From: Lama glama
Taxonomy: Eukaryota
Assembly (NCBI GenBank): GCA_028534125.1
Contig: CM052817.1
Span: forward strand, 74,030,001-74,094,000
Length of the DNA: 64,000 bases
Direction: 5' to 3'
Shown: one piece after another, positions 27,390-41,209 of the stretch
Layout: each line of letters opens with the position of its first letter
How positions within the stretch are numbered: position 1 is the stretch's first letter
Position numbers and translations under genes: made by a program
Notes under the pieces: generated by a model
The model's database searches: none
What the model was told of the DNA's origin: nothing
What the model saw: only the letters and a program-made list of their open reading frames with translations

Positions 27390-30300
27390 TCAGAAAGAAA
27401 AAAGAAAGACTGAAGTGAGAACCGATTTTAAGTGACTATTCAAAACTAGCATTTTATAAGATAGGGAGGGAAAAAAAAGTCATGCACTGTCCTCTCTCCC
27501 GGAGACTGTCATTCCTAAATCCCAGGGAAAATGTAGTTAGAAAATGATTACAAATGATCATGTGTGCAGGTTTCAGACAGATGCATAAATGCCCTGGAGA
27601 GATACTGGGCTGAAAAGAGAATTCACTTAGGGAGAAATCCAGCGAAGGGGCGCACCTGTCTTGACCTGCTCACATGCTTCCAAGGGCTGCATGACTTGGC
27701 CACAGACATTGGCTTAGAAGCCTAACAGAGCAGACATTTTCAGCAGAAGGAAACTTGGCAAAATGATAACAAGAGTTGGACCAAACTACAGACATTTGGC
27801 AAATGAAACTGTGCAAATTAAATCCTAGTTGACTTCAACAGTTTGGACCCAAATGTAGTGATTTTGACTCCTCTGTGTTTCCAAACAGTTTCCGTACAAA
27901 TTTTTGAGTCTTACTCTGAATTCTGTATTAAAATTGCTGTCTTTAAGAATCTGTTTATTCTTAAAGGCAGAAAGAGTCTACTATTATTTGCCAAATGTTA
28001 TAGTCGGCTTTTTTTCATAAGCCAATTTTTAAAAATAATTGATATGTCTTCAAAGTGTGATTCAAAGCATTACTTATATATTTATTTTCACATCTCAGAA
28101 TACTGTAAGAAAGACACATTTTATTTTCTTAGGTATTTATTGTTACTCAAGGACTGATAACTCAGACTTGGAATAAGGCTGTGTCTACACCACTGTTTCC
28201 CAACCAGGGCATCGAGGTACATTGGTACTTTGAAAATAAGCACCAGGACAGTCTTAAATTTCCCTGGGCCACCTCTGTGGATTTTAAGAGATGAAGGGAG
28301 AAGATGGTTAGGAAAAGGAGGCTAATTAATAAATATGGTGAAGTCTATCATCCCCAGGTATCTGGATGAATGTATGTCCGGATTGGAATATATATTCGGG
28401 AGAGTGGTTCATCTCCTTACCTTGGGATAAGACCTGGCAAATTCAGAGATGTGCCTCAGATTGAAAAAAGCTGGGAAACAATGGACTCTACAAGTGCCAA
28501 AACAATTGTCTGAAAAATCTAAAACCAGTCAAACTGGTTTTGTTTCTACATTAACAACTACTTTCATTTTTTTTTTCACGAAATTGGCTACTTTTTTTCC
28601 TCTTACTGAATTAGTCAATTCTGTAGGTTGTTTTGACCTTGGGTAAACACAGCCTAAACCAATATTTAATTTATTAATTAAGCCAGCCATGCAAATTAGC
28701 AAAGACTCATATCCAGAACTTGGAAGAAATTAGGTTAAGTCTGCAAGAACTAGAGTGTAGGCAAGTAAGTTTTAATAAAGTACCAGACTTCTTCAGGCTC
28801 TTGCTGCTCACTGCCATCAGATTCATCACTGCCATGACAATTGGTAATTGTAAGGAAAGCTCTGTAATTTTTTTTAGGGCTGATAGGGTTTTTACATCGA
28901 CACTAACTACATGATAATTTAATGTGGGTGTTGGAATGAAGATGTCTCAAGAATATGAAAGATATCCACACTAAAATAACTTTTAGTAAAACCTAACATT
29001 CAAAATTACTTGGAACTCTGTTTATTCATCAATATACTATAGTACCTAACCATGTTATATTATTAATATCTGACATTTTATTTTCACAACTAAAATTTAA
29101 AATTTATACTCATGCATCTTCTAATTCAATCAAGAAGTGATTTATAGCTCTTAATTTATGGAATAAGTAACTTGGAGAAAACCTCATTAAACTGTAAGCA
29201 ATGGTTTATTTCTCAGTAACTTTCACTTTCAAAAGCATTGCAATGTCAGAAATCTCTGCTCATGCACATCTGTCCTAGTTTGACAAGCACAGACTCATTC
29301 AAGGAAAGAGTTCCAAACACTTTAGGAATCAGTCATTTTAGGTGTTTTAAATCTCAAGTGGTATTTAAAGTTTGTTGAGCAAATGCCAGTTTCATCAGTG
29401 AATAAACTTTAATGTGCTTTTATTCCTATCAATAAATCAAGAAGTTTTAGGGCAGTGCTCTGTGCATTATGCCCTTAAATGCAAAGTATCTGCCAATTCA
29501 GAAGTGGAATGGAATGCCCCAGAGTTTTAACATGCATGGCCTCTGAATGACTGAGGCAAATAGTCATACCTAGATGCGACCTAGAAGACCTCCCTTTAGG
29601 GGCCTGTGAGTCATTCGGGAAATAATAAATCCATCTGGATCAGTGTTTCACCTTATACCCATGAAGACTGTTCAGCTGCAGTTATGTACAGGAAAAGGCA
29701 GGGGTATTTCAAAGGTATTGTATAGATTTAAAAATTAATAGCACTGAAATGGCTTCATGTTTATGCATATCTTTTAGGCAAGCCTAAAATAGAGTATTAT
29801 GGAATGCCAACTGAAAAATTAGGATGATTACTGACTTTATTAAAAGATTATTTGCTTTATAAAATGTTTTATCACAGTGTTTCTTCTAATGGCCAGCTTC
29901 GGAGAAAATTTACAGTATCACACAAATTTGACTTATATACAACTCTTTGCAATACAGTTGTGTGAATAATCCTGACATGTCCTGCAAGGATATGGGAGGC
30001 TTAATTACCAAGAATTTCTAAACCAACATTTAAACCAGGGCATACATACTTATTCTGATTTTCTTTAATTACTACCATTCACACAGCCTCCAACTTAAAA
30101 ACATACTGTACCACAAAAGTTCACTGGCAAGTAGGTTAGTTCAGATTGTGAATGCCTACAGGAAGGAAAATGATTTGTGATTTTACTCTACAAAAGCTGA
30201 AATAGTAGAATCTCTCACCTAATCAGTGGCTACTTCTTTAGAAAGATCATCATTACCCTTTTATCTGCTACTGTTCCACTATTTTGATTTTCTAAAACAA

Positions 30301-33300
30301 ATGAGAAAGGTGAGGTCAGAAACCTAGGCCTTCAATCACAGCTCTAGGTGAACTTGGGGGCATAGCACTATGAGAGAAATGGGCAACACTGATGATTGAG
30401 GATAATCTAGAAAGAGGGTGAAGAGCTAGACTTACGTCCTGGGCCTCACTGTTATCAACTATGTGGACTGGGGTAACTCATAGACTCTTGGAACTAATTA
30501 ATTAGTTCTTCATCCCTCAAATGAACATCACAAGTATATAGATATCTCAAATTCTTATAATGCAATCACTTTTTAGGTTGGTTTTTAAATAGATTCTACT
30601 GACATTCTCACACCCAGGTTCGTTCCCCACCCCATTGCTTCCTAATGATGCAGGATTTTCCACGACATCTGGTCTTAGCGTCAACAACCATTTATAGCAT
30701 ATCAGCTGTAATGAGCAGCAACTGTTTGCAAGCTTTGTTCTGTACTTCCATATGGACATAATGACAACTCCTTTCATGGTGATTTGGGATTTTCTTGAAA
30801 CTGTTCTAATATCTCAAAGTACAGAAACAAGTTGCTGGAATCACTTTTAGAACCAGAAGAGACTTGGGAGATAAAATAATTCAGCCCCCTCAGTTTATAA
30901 GTGAGGTAAGGAGGCTCAAAAAGATGAAAGACTTTGAGGCCAGACTTCCTCACCCTTTCCTGTTAAAGATATGATGCTAAGGAAACTCCTCAGATGATAT
31001 AAACATTGTTCATTCTCAAAAGGTAGTCCATTCAGTAGATATTTTTAGAATTCAAAGTACTCAAAAATTTTTACTACTCAGATCCAAATAAAACAGGGGG
31101 AAAACTTATGAAAAGACATAGTTTTAATCTTGCTTCTTGAAAATCTCATAAACATCACGAGGGTTTCTAAACTAGTATGATCTTTACTAAGGAACTGATT
31201 CAACAAAGGTGATGATCGTCTTTAATATTAGTCATATTAACATCTTCAACATCAGTCATATCACAGATTTATCCGTGCACTATGTGATAACCATCTAACC
31301 AATATAAACTCCAACATTCGGAATATACATGTGTAGTGAAATCATGTGATTTACTTTTTTTAAAAAAATGCTTTTCTCTTTACGGATATTATAAAACAGC
31401 AAGTTACTAGTTTTATTAGTCCGTATTATTTGACTCTTACATTCCCTTGGATATTAGCTTTTATGAAGTGAAACTGTTCTTTTAAATTTCTTTTCTCTAT
31501 TGGAAAGTCTCAATATTTCAACAGGAAGTTAATCATTCAATGCTTTGGTGTGTTTTCAGTCACTTCTCCTTTGCCAAAGAAGGTGTGAACAAAGCTCCTA
31601 GAAATAAACTAAACTAAATGAAACTGCATGAACTAAAAAACTTGACTATCAGCTCATTCATGCACGTGGCAGAGGTTCTTTATGCACATGGTACAAGGGA
31701 CTTTTGCTTTTATTTTCACATAGTACAGATGCCTGAATTTATGTCCTTAGCATGGGGAGTTTATAGCTGATGCATGTGCTTGAGGTTTGTGATTAGGAAG
31801 TACTATTTCTGTCACCACACATATATACACAAGTTTGTAAGAATCACTCTAGTCCATTCCTGTTTCTTGATTTACTTCTACATTATCAGCACACACTATC
31901 AGGTAGATTGAAAGAACCAGAGTATAACCACAGTGAGACTTTGCTGATTACCCACTGTTTCTCCACAGCCTGGCATACATGAAGCACTCAATAAACCAAC
32001 TCCAGAATGACTGGGATTTTTCACATATATAGCTTGTTTCTAATATACCTACGCACATTATGCACAAATGATATGTTCTTTAAGTTTTTTTTTTAAAAGA
32101 TGGTTCTATGAAAAGTGGAATAATTGTGATTTTATAATTATTCAAGATGTAGAATTCACAGTTTGATATATCTACTACCCACGGTGACAAGGATTTACTG
32201 AATACTTATCACAGTGCCAGAAAATGGATTCCTTTCTTTTCTGTTCATACACTTGATTTCTATGAAGTAGTCTTAAAAATCCCCCCAAATCTCTAGATTA
32301 TCTTCATTAAAATATTTTTATCTATTCACCCACACATCCAATCATCCATTTATCTCTCTGTCCATCTATCTATTTACCTACCTGTCTGTCTCATATCCAT
32401 CCACTCACCTAATGATTTTTCCATTAAATAACACTACTCTGTCAGGCTTTATGAAAGACAGCACTTTCCACTGAGGCAATTCACGGGTGTTGACTTGTTG
32501 CTAAGAGACTCGGTTGTATGTATGAAGCCTCCTTTCCAGATTGCTGCTCATGAAGTGGTTTAGTAACCATTTCTCTTATACTTTGAACTAAAGAAATCTT
32601 ATGACTTTGTATGAAATACAGTTATTTGAAAATGCACAGCTATCTGTCTCCTCGGACTTACTTCTTTCTGTCAACTGATTCACGGAAATTGTATTCTCCG
32701 GGCTCTGAAATGAGAGAACACATCTGACTTGATACTCCTTTATTTCCTGTGACAGAGAGTTGTCACTTGTTACTGCAACCTCTTTTGGACTGATATATTT
32801 CTGGATGCCGTACTTCTCTGATGTACTTCTTTCTGGGAAGAACAGCACACGCACACTTTCCACATATTTTTCAGTGATCTTTAATTCACCGGCCTGCACG
32901 TTCCACACGCACAAGGTCTTTTTCTGTTTGGCTCTAATGTATGTCCACAGCCGAGACAGGGCTGTAGGTGCTCAAGAAATGTTTGATTAACGTTTACTTT
33001 TTTCTTTTGATACCTGGATTTTAAATGATTGGTTCACAAATATCCAACACCAAGTTACACTTATCCACTCTTCGAAAATAATCTCTTTTTAAGCACTCCA
33101 AACTGCCTGTCTTGATGTGGCCTAAATTAAATGTGGCAAATCCATTTCGTTCTTCTCTATGTCTCATCTTCCAAAGGCTGTGGCCAATGCCACCTTACTG
33201 ATCCCAAGTCGGGTATTTTTACTTTATACATTGCTCTTTTGCCAAATTATACTGCCCTCCTCCTCCACGTTGTATCCTAAATATACCTTATTCTCTTATT

Positions 33301-33493
33301 CCTACTGATACAAATTTTATATAGCTCTGAAAAGCCATAGGTGGGGATTATTTTAATCTCTTCAATCACTAAATTTAGACCCATTTTCCCCAGTAATTCT
33401 TAATGTTGCTGGTAAAATTATTTCCCCATCACTGCTTTGAACCATTCTTTGGTCTCTAGAAGGCTTTTCGATTCATTCATCTAACTCAGTTGA

Positions 33494-33720
33494 GAGGCAG
33501 TAGTGATCAGCCTTGCAGACCCTGTAATCTGACTGCTTAGGCTTAAATCCTATCTTCCCAGCTGAGTGACCTGGAATAAGTTCTCTAACTCACGGTTGCC
33601 AAACCTCCCCTTATGCAACCTGGGGCCAATCATAGCACCTTCTTCATCAAGTTGTTCTGAAGATTTGTGTGCTACTGCAGCACAGGGTCCATGGTAACTG
33701 ATAAACGGCAGCTACTGCTG
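33494..33720 (+). mobile_element. MIR SINE
   Basis: gctgagtgacctggaataagttctctaact core. Confidence 0.6.
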
Positions 33721-34323
33721 CTTTCTTAAGGTTCTGCCTTGATCCAAATCCTCTCAACAACTAGAGTCTTATCCCTGAATTACAGTCCTATAATTATGTC
33801 ACCACTGCTTAATCTTCCTAATACTGCTTGAATCAACATCCACAGGCCTGACACTTTGCACCTGAGACCAAAGGCTATGGTCCATGGACCCAGCAGATGC
33901 TGCTGGTACTGACTGGTGTGCTTCCATCACACCAACATCCCACCACTCTGAACCTCCCCCCATTGTCGTTTCTGGGGCATCCTCAAATTGCCCGCTATGC
34001 CTTAGCCTGGTCTCTAGATCCTGATAATTTTCTATCCAGTAAATTCTACTGTTTGATAAGCCCCCAAGAGTGGCAGTTACTCAAATACTCAAATGGAGAT
34101 CTTTACAATATCACTGTATCAAAGAGGATATGCTTATCCTCTTTATTTTATCCAATATTAATTAACATACACAACGATCTATTTTACTCAATGTTGCCTT
34201 TTACATTATAAATGTGCTTTAGGTTGAACCGCATTCATTCCTCAAACGAAGGACTAAGCTGCAGTATTTACCAGGGAGAAGGTCCCACGTTGAGTACTGC
34301 AGAGGGGCACAACGCTAAACAGC

Positions 34324-34377
34324 TACTGTTCTAGGAGGGGTTTCTAAACATACTATACTGTTCTAGGAGGGGTTTCT
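34324..34377. repeat. Direct duplication of a 22-mer (period 32)
   Basis: tactgttctaggaggggtttct at 34324-34345 and 34356-34377. Confidence 0.9.
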
Positions 34378-36751
34378 CACATGCTCATGGGTGCCTGTGA
34401 CAATGATGATAAATGAAATACTTCCTATGTTTTTATTTCAGTGATATGGACAAATTACACTGTGCCTCTGTACTGCACGTGAATTAACGTACAACTCATG
34501 ATATGGAAACAAAAATGTATGGCCTGATAATAGTAAGGGCAACCCTTTGTTTAAAGCCTGGTAGTAAGTTTCAGCAGTTGATCTTTTCCATTTTACTATG
34601 TTGGTAAAAACGCTATGACAAGTCATATCCTTATCAGACTATACATGGTGGGTAGAAAAGACACGAAACAGAGCCGGCACCAGAGCACACTCAAGGTGTG
34701 CACAGGCTGCCTTTCAGGCACAGGCGCGGGCCTCTCCTAGCACGCTGACAGAACAGCCTGTTGAAACGAGCACAAGAACTAGACTCAACCCAGGTTTATC
34801 CAAGTCAGCAGTGTGACAGAAACCAAGACACAATGACTGAAACTGTAACGAGTTCTATCAAGAAGTTCATCTCTGTTCTCTCCTAAAATCAGAGTAAGAG
34901 TGGAAAGAAAAACATTTATCTCCCCTGTAAGAAATCTGACAGGGGACACAGCAGGCTATTTCTCTTGGTCGTGAGCCTCTCCAGAAATCACCTGCCTGAG
35001 TTTTTAATTAGACTTCTGCTCATTTGCCAGAAAATATGTTTTTCTTCCCAGCCCACAGGCTAGGCCCACTCCCATCTCTGATTCGAGTTCCTGCCTTTGA
35101 AGGGCTCAGCTGAATTTGGACACTGACAGAAGTGTAATATCATGACCTCAAAAAATATCTTTTAAAAGTCATGGGACAGAATTCACATTTTTCATCCTTG
35201 GCCTTTACAGTATACTTACAATTACATAAATGGAGCGAAATGTTTCAAATGACAAATTTATTAGAGTCTCTGATTAACAGCACCAATAACGTGTATGTGC
35301 ACATTACAAAGGAAAGTACCACTGTGAGTTCTAAGAAGTAACAAAATGGGCACAGTCTTCCTTTGGCTAGAAAGGAATTTTGAAGTTGATTGCCAAAGAC
35401 ATGGAATTTCAAAGGAATATATTGTTTTCCCTTTATCCTGATGGGAGAATTTGGTAAGTGGTAGCAGACAGACACAGTCCTGTCTTAGTTTTCCAAAAGA
35501 ACAAGCCATTAACCTTCCCTTCCTCTAGACATTTAGAGCTCCCAAACTCAAACTGAAACCAAAGGAAGATTCTAGAAAACTAAGGCAATGTTTTGCTACT
35601 AAATCACATCTTCAAGTAATTCACCGTGGATCTTTAGAGACATATTCTTCTAGAATATACTAAATGAGAAGAAAATATAGATTGACAATTTACTATAACT
35701 AGAGAAGTCTGTCCAGGAGAAACCAGCCTAGGGCCTCACACTGAACACACTACAGTTCAACACTCTCTAAATTATCTGCCACCATCGAACTAAAGCCTAG
35801 AAAAGGCTGGGGTTTCAAAGAATCACAACTATATAGTGCTGCTCATATCTGCTATTTTGCCCACCCAGTTAGCTTTCTTCCACTTAAATTTCTAGACCGT
35901 CACTATTTCTCTGAAATTTCATAAGTAAAAGTAGAATGCTGAGAGAAGAGGGTCAGAATATTAATAAAGAATAGTCTTCTTTTCTGAACTATTTAATTTC
36001 TAAATGATCTGAACAATTCTCATCCTCAGTGGTATTAGAAGCTGAGTCAAGTTTTAGAAAGTCTTAGTATGTATATACGTTAGATATATATTATTTGATA
36101 ATAAAATTTGTTTCACTTTTTTTCCACCTGTTTTAAAAGGCAATAGTATCTAGGGGATAGTAAAGGTTAAGCGCGTCCTCTTGGCCCTTAGGTATATAAA
36201 TAAATAAAAATCCAAGAAGCCTCAGAATTCCCAGGACTGGAATGAAGGGAAAGAGGCTTCAGCATTCAAACTGGGGTTCTGTAGCACCCAGTCACTTGAA
36301 CCAAAATCTACTTAAGAAATTTCTCACTATTTACTTTTAATTTTGATAACCATTTACATAATATTAGTATATAGTATGACTGTAACAACACATTTGATCA
36401 ACAAAAATTATTATATCCACAGAACAAGTTGAGAATGAAGAAGAGATCACCGGTCCTCCTCAAAGTCACACTGAATGCTATATCCATTCTTGGGAGGAAG
36501 GAAATATAACCTATTTACTGGTCATGTTAGGAAATTGTTTCTCTCTGGATAAAGTAGGATTTATACGACTCTCGAGTGTGCATTAGAGAAGAGATGAAAT
36601 AAGAGTGTGGAGAGGGTAAGGGTTTTCATAATGTGTCAGAATGAGTCCACACGACTTTATTGCTCATCCTTTTGCCTTTACAGGCATAACTACAGCTGAA
36701 CAGTCATTAGGAATTGTGTGGTGGTTTGTCTGCTCCAAGGGCATTACTCAC

Positions 36752-36824
36752 CTTCAGGTCCCGATGGACTACGCCCATCTGATGGCAGTGTAGCACAGCC
36801 TCCAGGATCTGCTGAATGCAATGA
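36752..36824 (-). CDS. CAMK2D: CAMK2D alternative exon 6, downstream copy (73 nt), (S)[24 protein letters not shown] (alpha/beta-type peptide)
   Basis: ttgcatgcag|TCATTGCATT...GACCTGAAG|gtgagt. Same length and phase as the upstream copy, HRDLK intact, no stops. Confidence 0.93.
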
Positions 36825-37771
36825 CTGCATGCAAACACCAGGGGGCGTGTGTTAGTTCCAAGCGTACACTCACTGTCTGTACACCCTCAGAGAGACTGGG
36901 TTAAGGTGCAGAACTAGCAGACAACTGGCATTGTATTGAAACATCTTCAGCAGTGTAAACACGTACTCAAGCAGAGTGACTACTACCTCAGAACAATTAG
37001 GATCTTGCCAGAAGTGAGCCAAAATGTGGGTCCACTTGTCTCAGAAAATCCATTTTGAAAGTATTTGATTTAATTCAGCAGCTCATTTCCTGGGTACGAT
37101 CCCTTGCAGGAAATGAACTGGAACACAACTATGATTTTTAAAGCTTCTGTGCTCCACCTCCAACCCACACAGAAAAGCTACTTCCTTATCCTCTCCCATT
37201 TTTTCCAGTATCATTCCAAAGCTGTCACATTAGCAGTCAAGGCACCATTAAGGTTAAATTAGGATACATAATGAATTTTTGATAAATCATTAACTTCATG
37301 TGCTTTAATTTAGCTGGCAATTATTATCTCTTGCCTGAGGGTTCATCAGACTCAAACGGAGCAATGCGTAACCAGTTGTTCTGCTACAGCAACCCATGGT
37401 CTCAGAACAGAAGTGGTGTTTAGATCTACAAGCGGACATACATCACAGGCCAAGTTCATCTCCAGGCAAGTGCTGGACATTTCAGGAAAGCCTCCCCGCC
37501 TCAAAACACTTCTGGTTCTTTACTGCTTGGAAACTTAACAGGTTGTGTTCTTAATACTGTCCTCCCCTTTCTGCTGTGATGTATATTTAGCCTGTAGATG
37601 AGCAAACTGAAAGAGGCATCATGCATTATCATTTCATCATTTAGTCATTTTAGGGAGAAGTTGGGAAAGGCAAGGGAACCGTTTTAAACACCCACCCTCT
37701 GCCCTTTCCCCAGAAAACCCAAAAAACAAAAAACCTCCTTTGATTTAGATTTATGGACTCCATATACTGAC

Positions 37772-37844
37772 CTTCAGGTCCCTGTGAACTATGCCATTTA
37801 GGTGACAATGATTTACACTTTCTAGAATCTGCTGTATACAATGA
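37772..37844 (-). CDS. CAMK2D: CAMK2D exon 6, upstream copy (73 nt), (S)[24 protein letters not shown] (canonical delta peptide)
   Basis: ctttacag|TCATTGTATA...GACCTGAAG|gtcagt. Confidence 0.96.
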
Positions 37845-40402
37845 CTGTAAAGATACAAGGGCAGAATGGAAGGGAGAACATTTTAAAGGCACATAATCAC
37901 ATTTAATACAAAATAAAATGAAAGTTTGAACGAAACAAACAAACAAACAAAAATTATATTTTCTCACTTTTTTTTAGCTTTACATTGGAATTAAATAATG
38001 CTGAATAAAGCTAATTCTGGTTCTAACAAAAATGACATCCAACATAGAATTTGTGACATGTTCAGACAAAACAATTTGAGCTGTGTTTTTTTTTCATTAC
38101 AACTCTACAAATTAAATCATTTGTATACGGAAGCCAAAATTTCCATATTCAGGGAGAAAATTTTGCAAATAATTCCCACAATGTTTGGGGAAAATTCTTC
38201 AGCTACACAAAATTTATGGGAATTTCTCATACACATCTAAACTGTTTAAAATCTGAGGTCACAATTAAACATAGGTGTTGAAACAAGAGGGTAAACACAG
38301 ATGAAGTGGCAGGTGAAACAAGGATCAAAAAAAAAAAAAACGGAGGGAGACATTTACCATTTTGACTTAGGAATGGTGCTTCTTGTGTAATATAATAATA
38401 GGAAAACTAGTGCAAGTCTCCAACAACAGAGGGAGAATTTAAAGTAAACCCCATGGCACAAAACAAACCCTTCTTCAGTACAGGGATACTCTGGGGAAAG
38501 ACTAAGAACTTACAAAACCAAATAAAATTTAAAACCCCCTGGAGCACTGGTAAATGTTAAACACATTTCCATACACCTTACTGAAGGAAAACTTTTGCTT
38601 ATTACTATGTTAAAATGTACAATTTATGTTATTCTTAGTGAAGGCTCATTGATGTCCAACAGACTGCTAATTAGAGGGGAGAAATCACTGATGGGCACCT
38701 ATAAGTTTCCAGGAGCTGTCATCTGACGCACAGTAACATAGAACAGATCACACTGAAGAATTCTGTACAAGGCTCAAATGCTGGTATATACAGAGCTATA
38801 TCCATTTAAGGGTTAAGCAAATATTTTAATGAGGCCATTTTCAATCATTTAACGTACAAAATAATATTACTGCAAAGTAAATTCTTGAAATAAAAAAAGT
38901 GATCACCGTCTAATCTTTTACAATGTACATATCAAAACTGATCACGATTGTGATTTTCTAGCTCTTACTCCTAACTCTTACCACTGAAAGAGCCTCACGT
39001 TGATTGTTTTTAACTATACAGTTTATTGGAGTGTTGGTAATTATTTGTTAAATCATATGACTCTTTTCCCTTCTATAATAATGTTCACTTTTATTTAGGA
39101 ATATTTCACTCTCTCATATCAAACCACCGCTTATTATGGCTTGAAACCTGTAAGTTATTTGGCCTAATGAATAACAGAAAATAAAGAAGTAAACAATAAT
39201 TCAGATTAAATAAACTTCACCATTAATTCCTAGTGAGAACAGACTCAATTCTTAACTTCTTAAGGACTAGCACTAAATAGTGTTTTACAAATTATTTGTA
39301 GAATATGCTCTTCATGCTTGTAGTTGGGAAGAGAATGTTTCCTCTCCTTAATTATGGGTGGAATCTACCCTAAAATGTATCCTATAGTAAATTCCAAAAC
39401 TTGATATAAGCATGCATACGAAATGATTCAACCCACAGGGCCTATCCTGTGATCTGTAGGGCTGTTCAATAATGAATTCAACCAATATTTTCAAACACAA
39501 TAGCAACTTGTTTAAACATAACTTTGAAAAGCAAAATAAATGAAATTCCCTAAACTCTTTATTACCTTGATTAGAGATTACTCCTTTGGCAAGTGGGCAA
39601 ATAACTACTTCCAAGGCTGTTCTGAAGCCCCTTTTCAGAGGCCTGATATGAGGATTGGGCCATAAACTGAACAAGTGATGATTCACTCATCATAGGATAA
39701 GCAATATGGAATTTCTATTTGACTTTGGCAGTAAAAATTCCATTAAAAGATTAGGGTAGTCATGTTCAGATAAGATTCACAAAATACAGTAAACAATAGC
39801 ACTAAAACAAGAAAACTAATTAGAAATTTAGAAGTGAGCCTGTGTATGCATGTGCTACTCTGGAGGGATGGGAACCTTCTGTCAGCTGCCAGTCTCCTGA
39901 GGGCCAGGCTATAGGGGGATCAGGAGCCTTTGGAAGCTCTGACAGCATTGGAGAACAGGCACGTACAGACCATCAGTAATTGAATTTACATACCATCTCA
40001 CTTACACTGTTAATAATGAGCCACTCACGGCTAGATTTTTCAAAATACAACTACAGAATATACATGTAAGAAATGCCAACGAAAATTAATACCACACAGT
40101 CTAAGCAGTATTTAAGCAAGCAGATTAATGTTACTTCACTCCAAAAGCACTGCCTTTGTGTAGCCTACGAAGTTTCAAATTAGACAAAACGTTAGTCATT
40201 TTGTCAGTCACTTCTGCAAAGATTTCGCCAATTAACAAGATTGGGAAACCCTCTTGAACCCTCTGAAATACCTGAATAAATATTTTTCAAGTGAGAGTTC
40301 CAAGGGCTTTAGTCAAATTTCCAAAGAGTTAAACAGCTCATAAGGCTTTAAGGAGACCACTGGGGCTTTTGGAGTCTGTTCATTTTTATGGTCTCTGATT
40401 AG

Positions 40403-40599
40403 CCGTGGGCTATTCACGGAACTTTGTGTGATGATGGAAATGCTCTGTATCTGCTATGTCCAGTCAGTAGCCACTAGCCACTTGTGCAACTGAGCACTTG
40501 AAATGGGGCTAGTGCAACTGAGGAATGGAACTTTCAATTTTAATTGATTGAAATTGAAATTAAATATGTGACTGGTGGCTACGATACTGGGAAGCCCAG
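40403..40599 (+). mobile_element. MER3-like hAT-Charlie DNA transposon
   Basis: gatgatggaaatg...gtagccactagccac...gagcacttgaaatg...gtggctac, with internal inverted symmetry. Confidence 0.8.
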
Positions 40600-40958
40600 C
40601 TTCTAGAGATCAGAGGATTTCAATTTTCATCTCATAACTTTGATAAAGTCTGTACCTTTAGCAGAAGTCTTTCCTGTTAGGCTTTTTAAAATAAAATATG
40701 CATTCTAACTATAGACATTAGATAAAAATAAAGTTTAGACCAGATTCAGAGCTTTTTCTTTTCCTTCAAAGAATCATCTTGGAAATCCTTAAGAGAGAGA
40801 AATATCAATTGAGAGGAATTCATCATGAAAAGAAGTCTAAGATGGTATTATGAAATTCTCATAAATCCTATGTGTCATGATACATCTGTAAAGAGATATA
40901 CTGAGCAAGTGTCATCTGAGTGCTGAGTTCTGTATCTTGCCCAGGGCAAGCCACTTAC

Positions 40959-41024
40959 CTGGCATCGGCTTCACTGTAATATTCTCTCGCCACTATGTCT
41001 TCAAACAGTTCACCTCCAGTGACT
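40959..41024 (-). CDS. CAMK2D: CAMK2D exon 5 (66 nt), (L)[21 protein letters not shown](S)
   Basis: cctcacag|AGTCACT...GATGCCAG|gtaagt. Confidence 0.97.
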
Positions 41025-41066
41025 CTGTGAGGACAGACAAGATATTCATATTAAAAAAGAAGAAAA

Positions 41067-41209
41067 TACTGTGTAGCACAGGGAACTATATTCAAAATCT
41101 ATGAAAACAAATATACACATGCATTTGTACGACTGAGATACTATGCTGTACACCAGAAATTGACACAACATTGTCGACTGACCATACTTCAATAAAAAAG
41201 AATGCAAAA
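41067..41209 (+). mobile_element. 5'-truncated L1 3' end, antisense to the gene, about 42 nt upstream of exon 5
   Basis: tactgtgtagcacagggaac...cttcaataaaaaa. TSD-like aaaaaagaagaaaa (41053-41066) and aaaaaagaaaaaaa (41210-41223). Confidence 0.88.

Noticed and set aside
29783..29793. MEF2 sites (for example ctaaaatag)
   Set aside because: One base short of the YTA(W)4TAR consensus, and such sequences are frequent in AT-rich DNA.
34324..34377. Repeat-spacer-repeat resembling CRISPR
   Set aside because: Only two copies with a 10-nt spacer in a mammalian intron; this is a simple local duplication. The same applies to 58379-58462.
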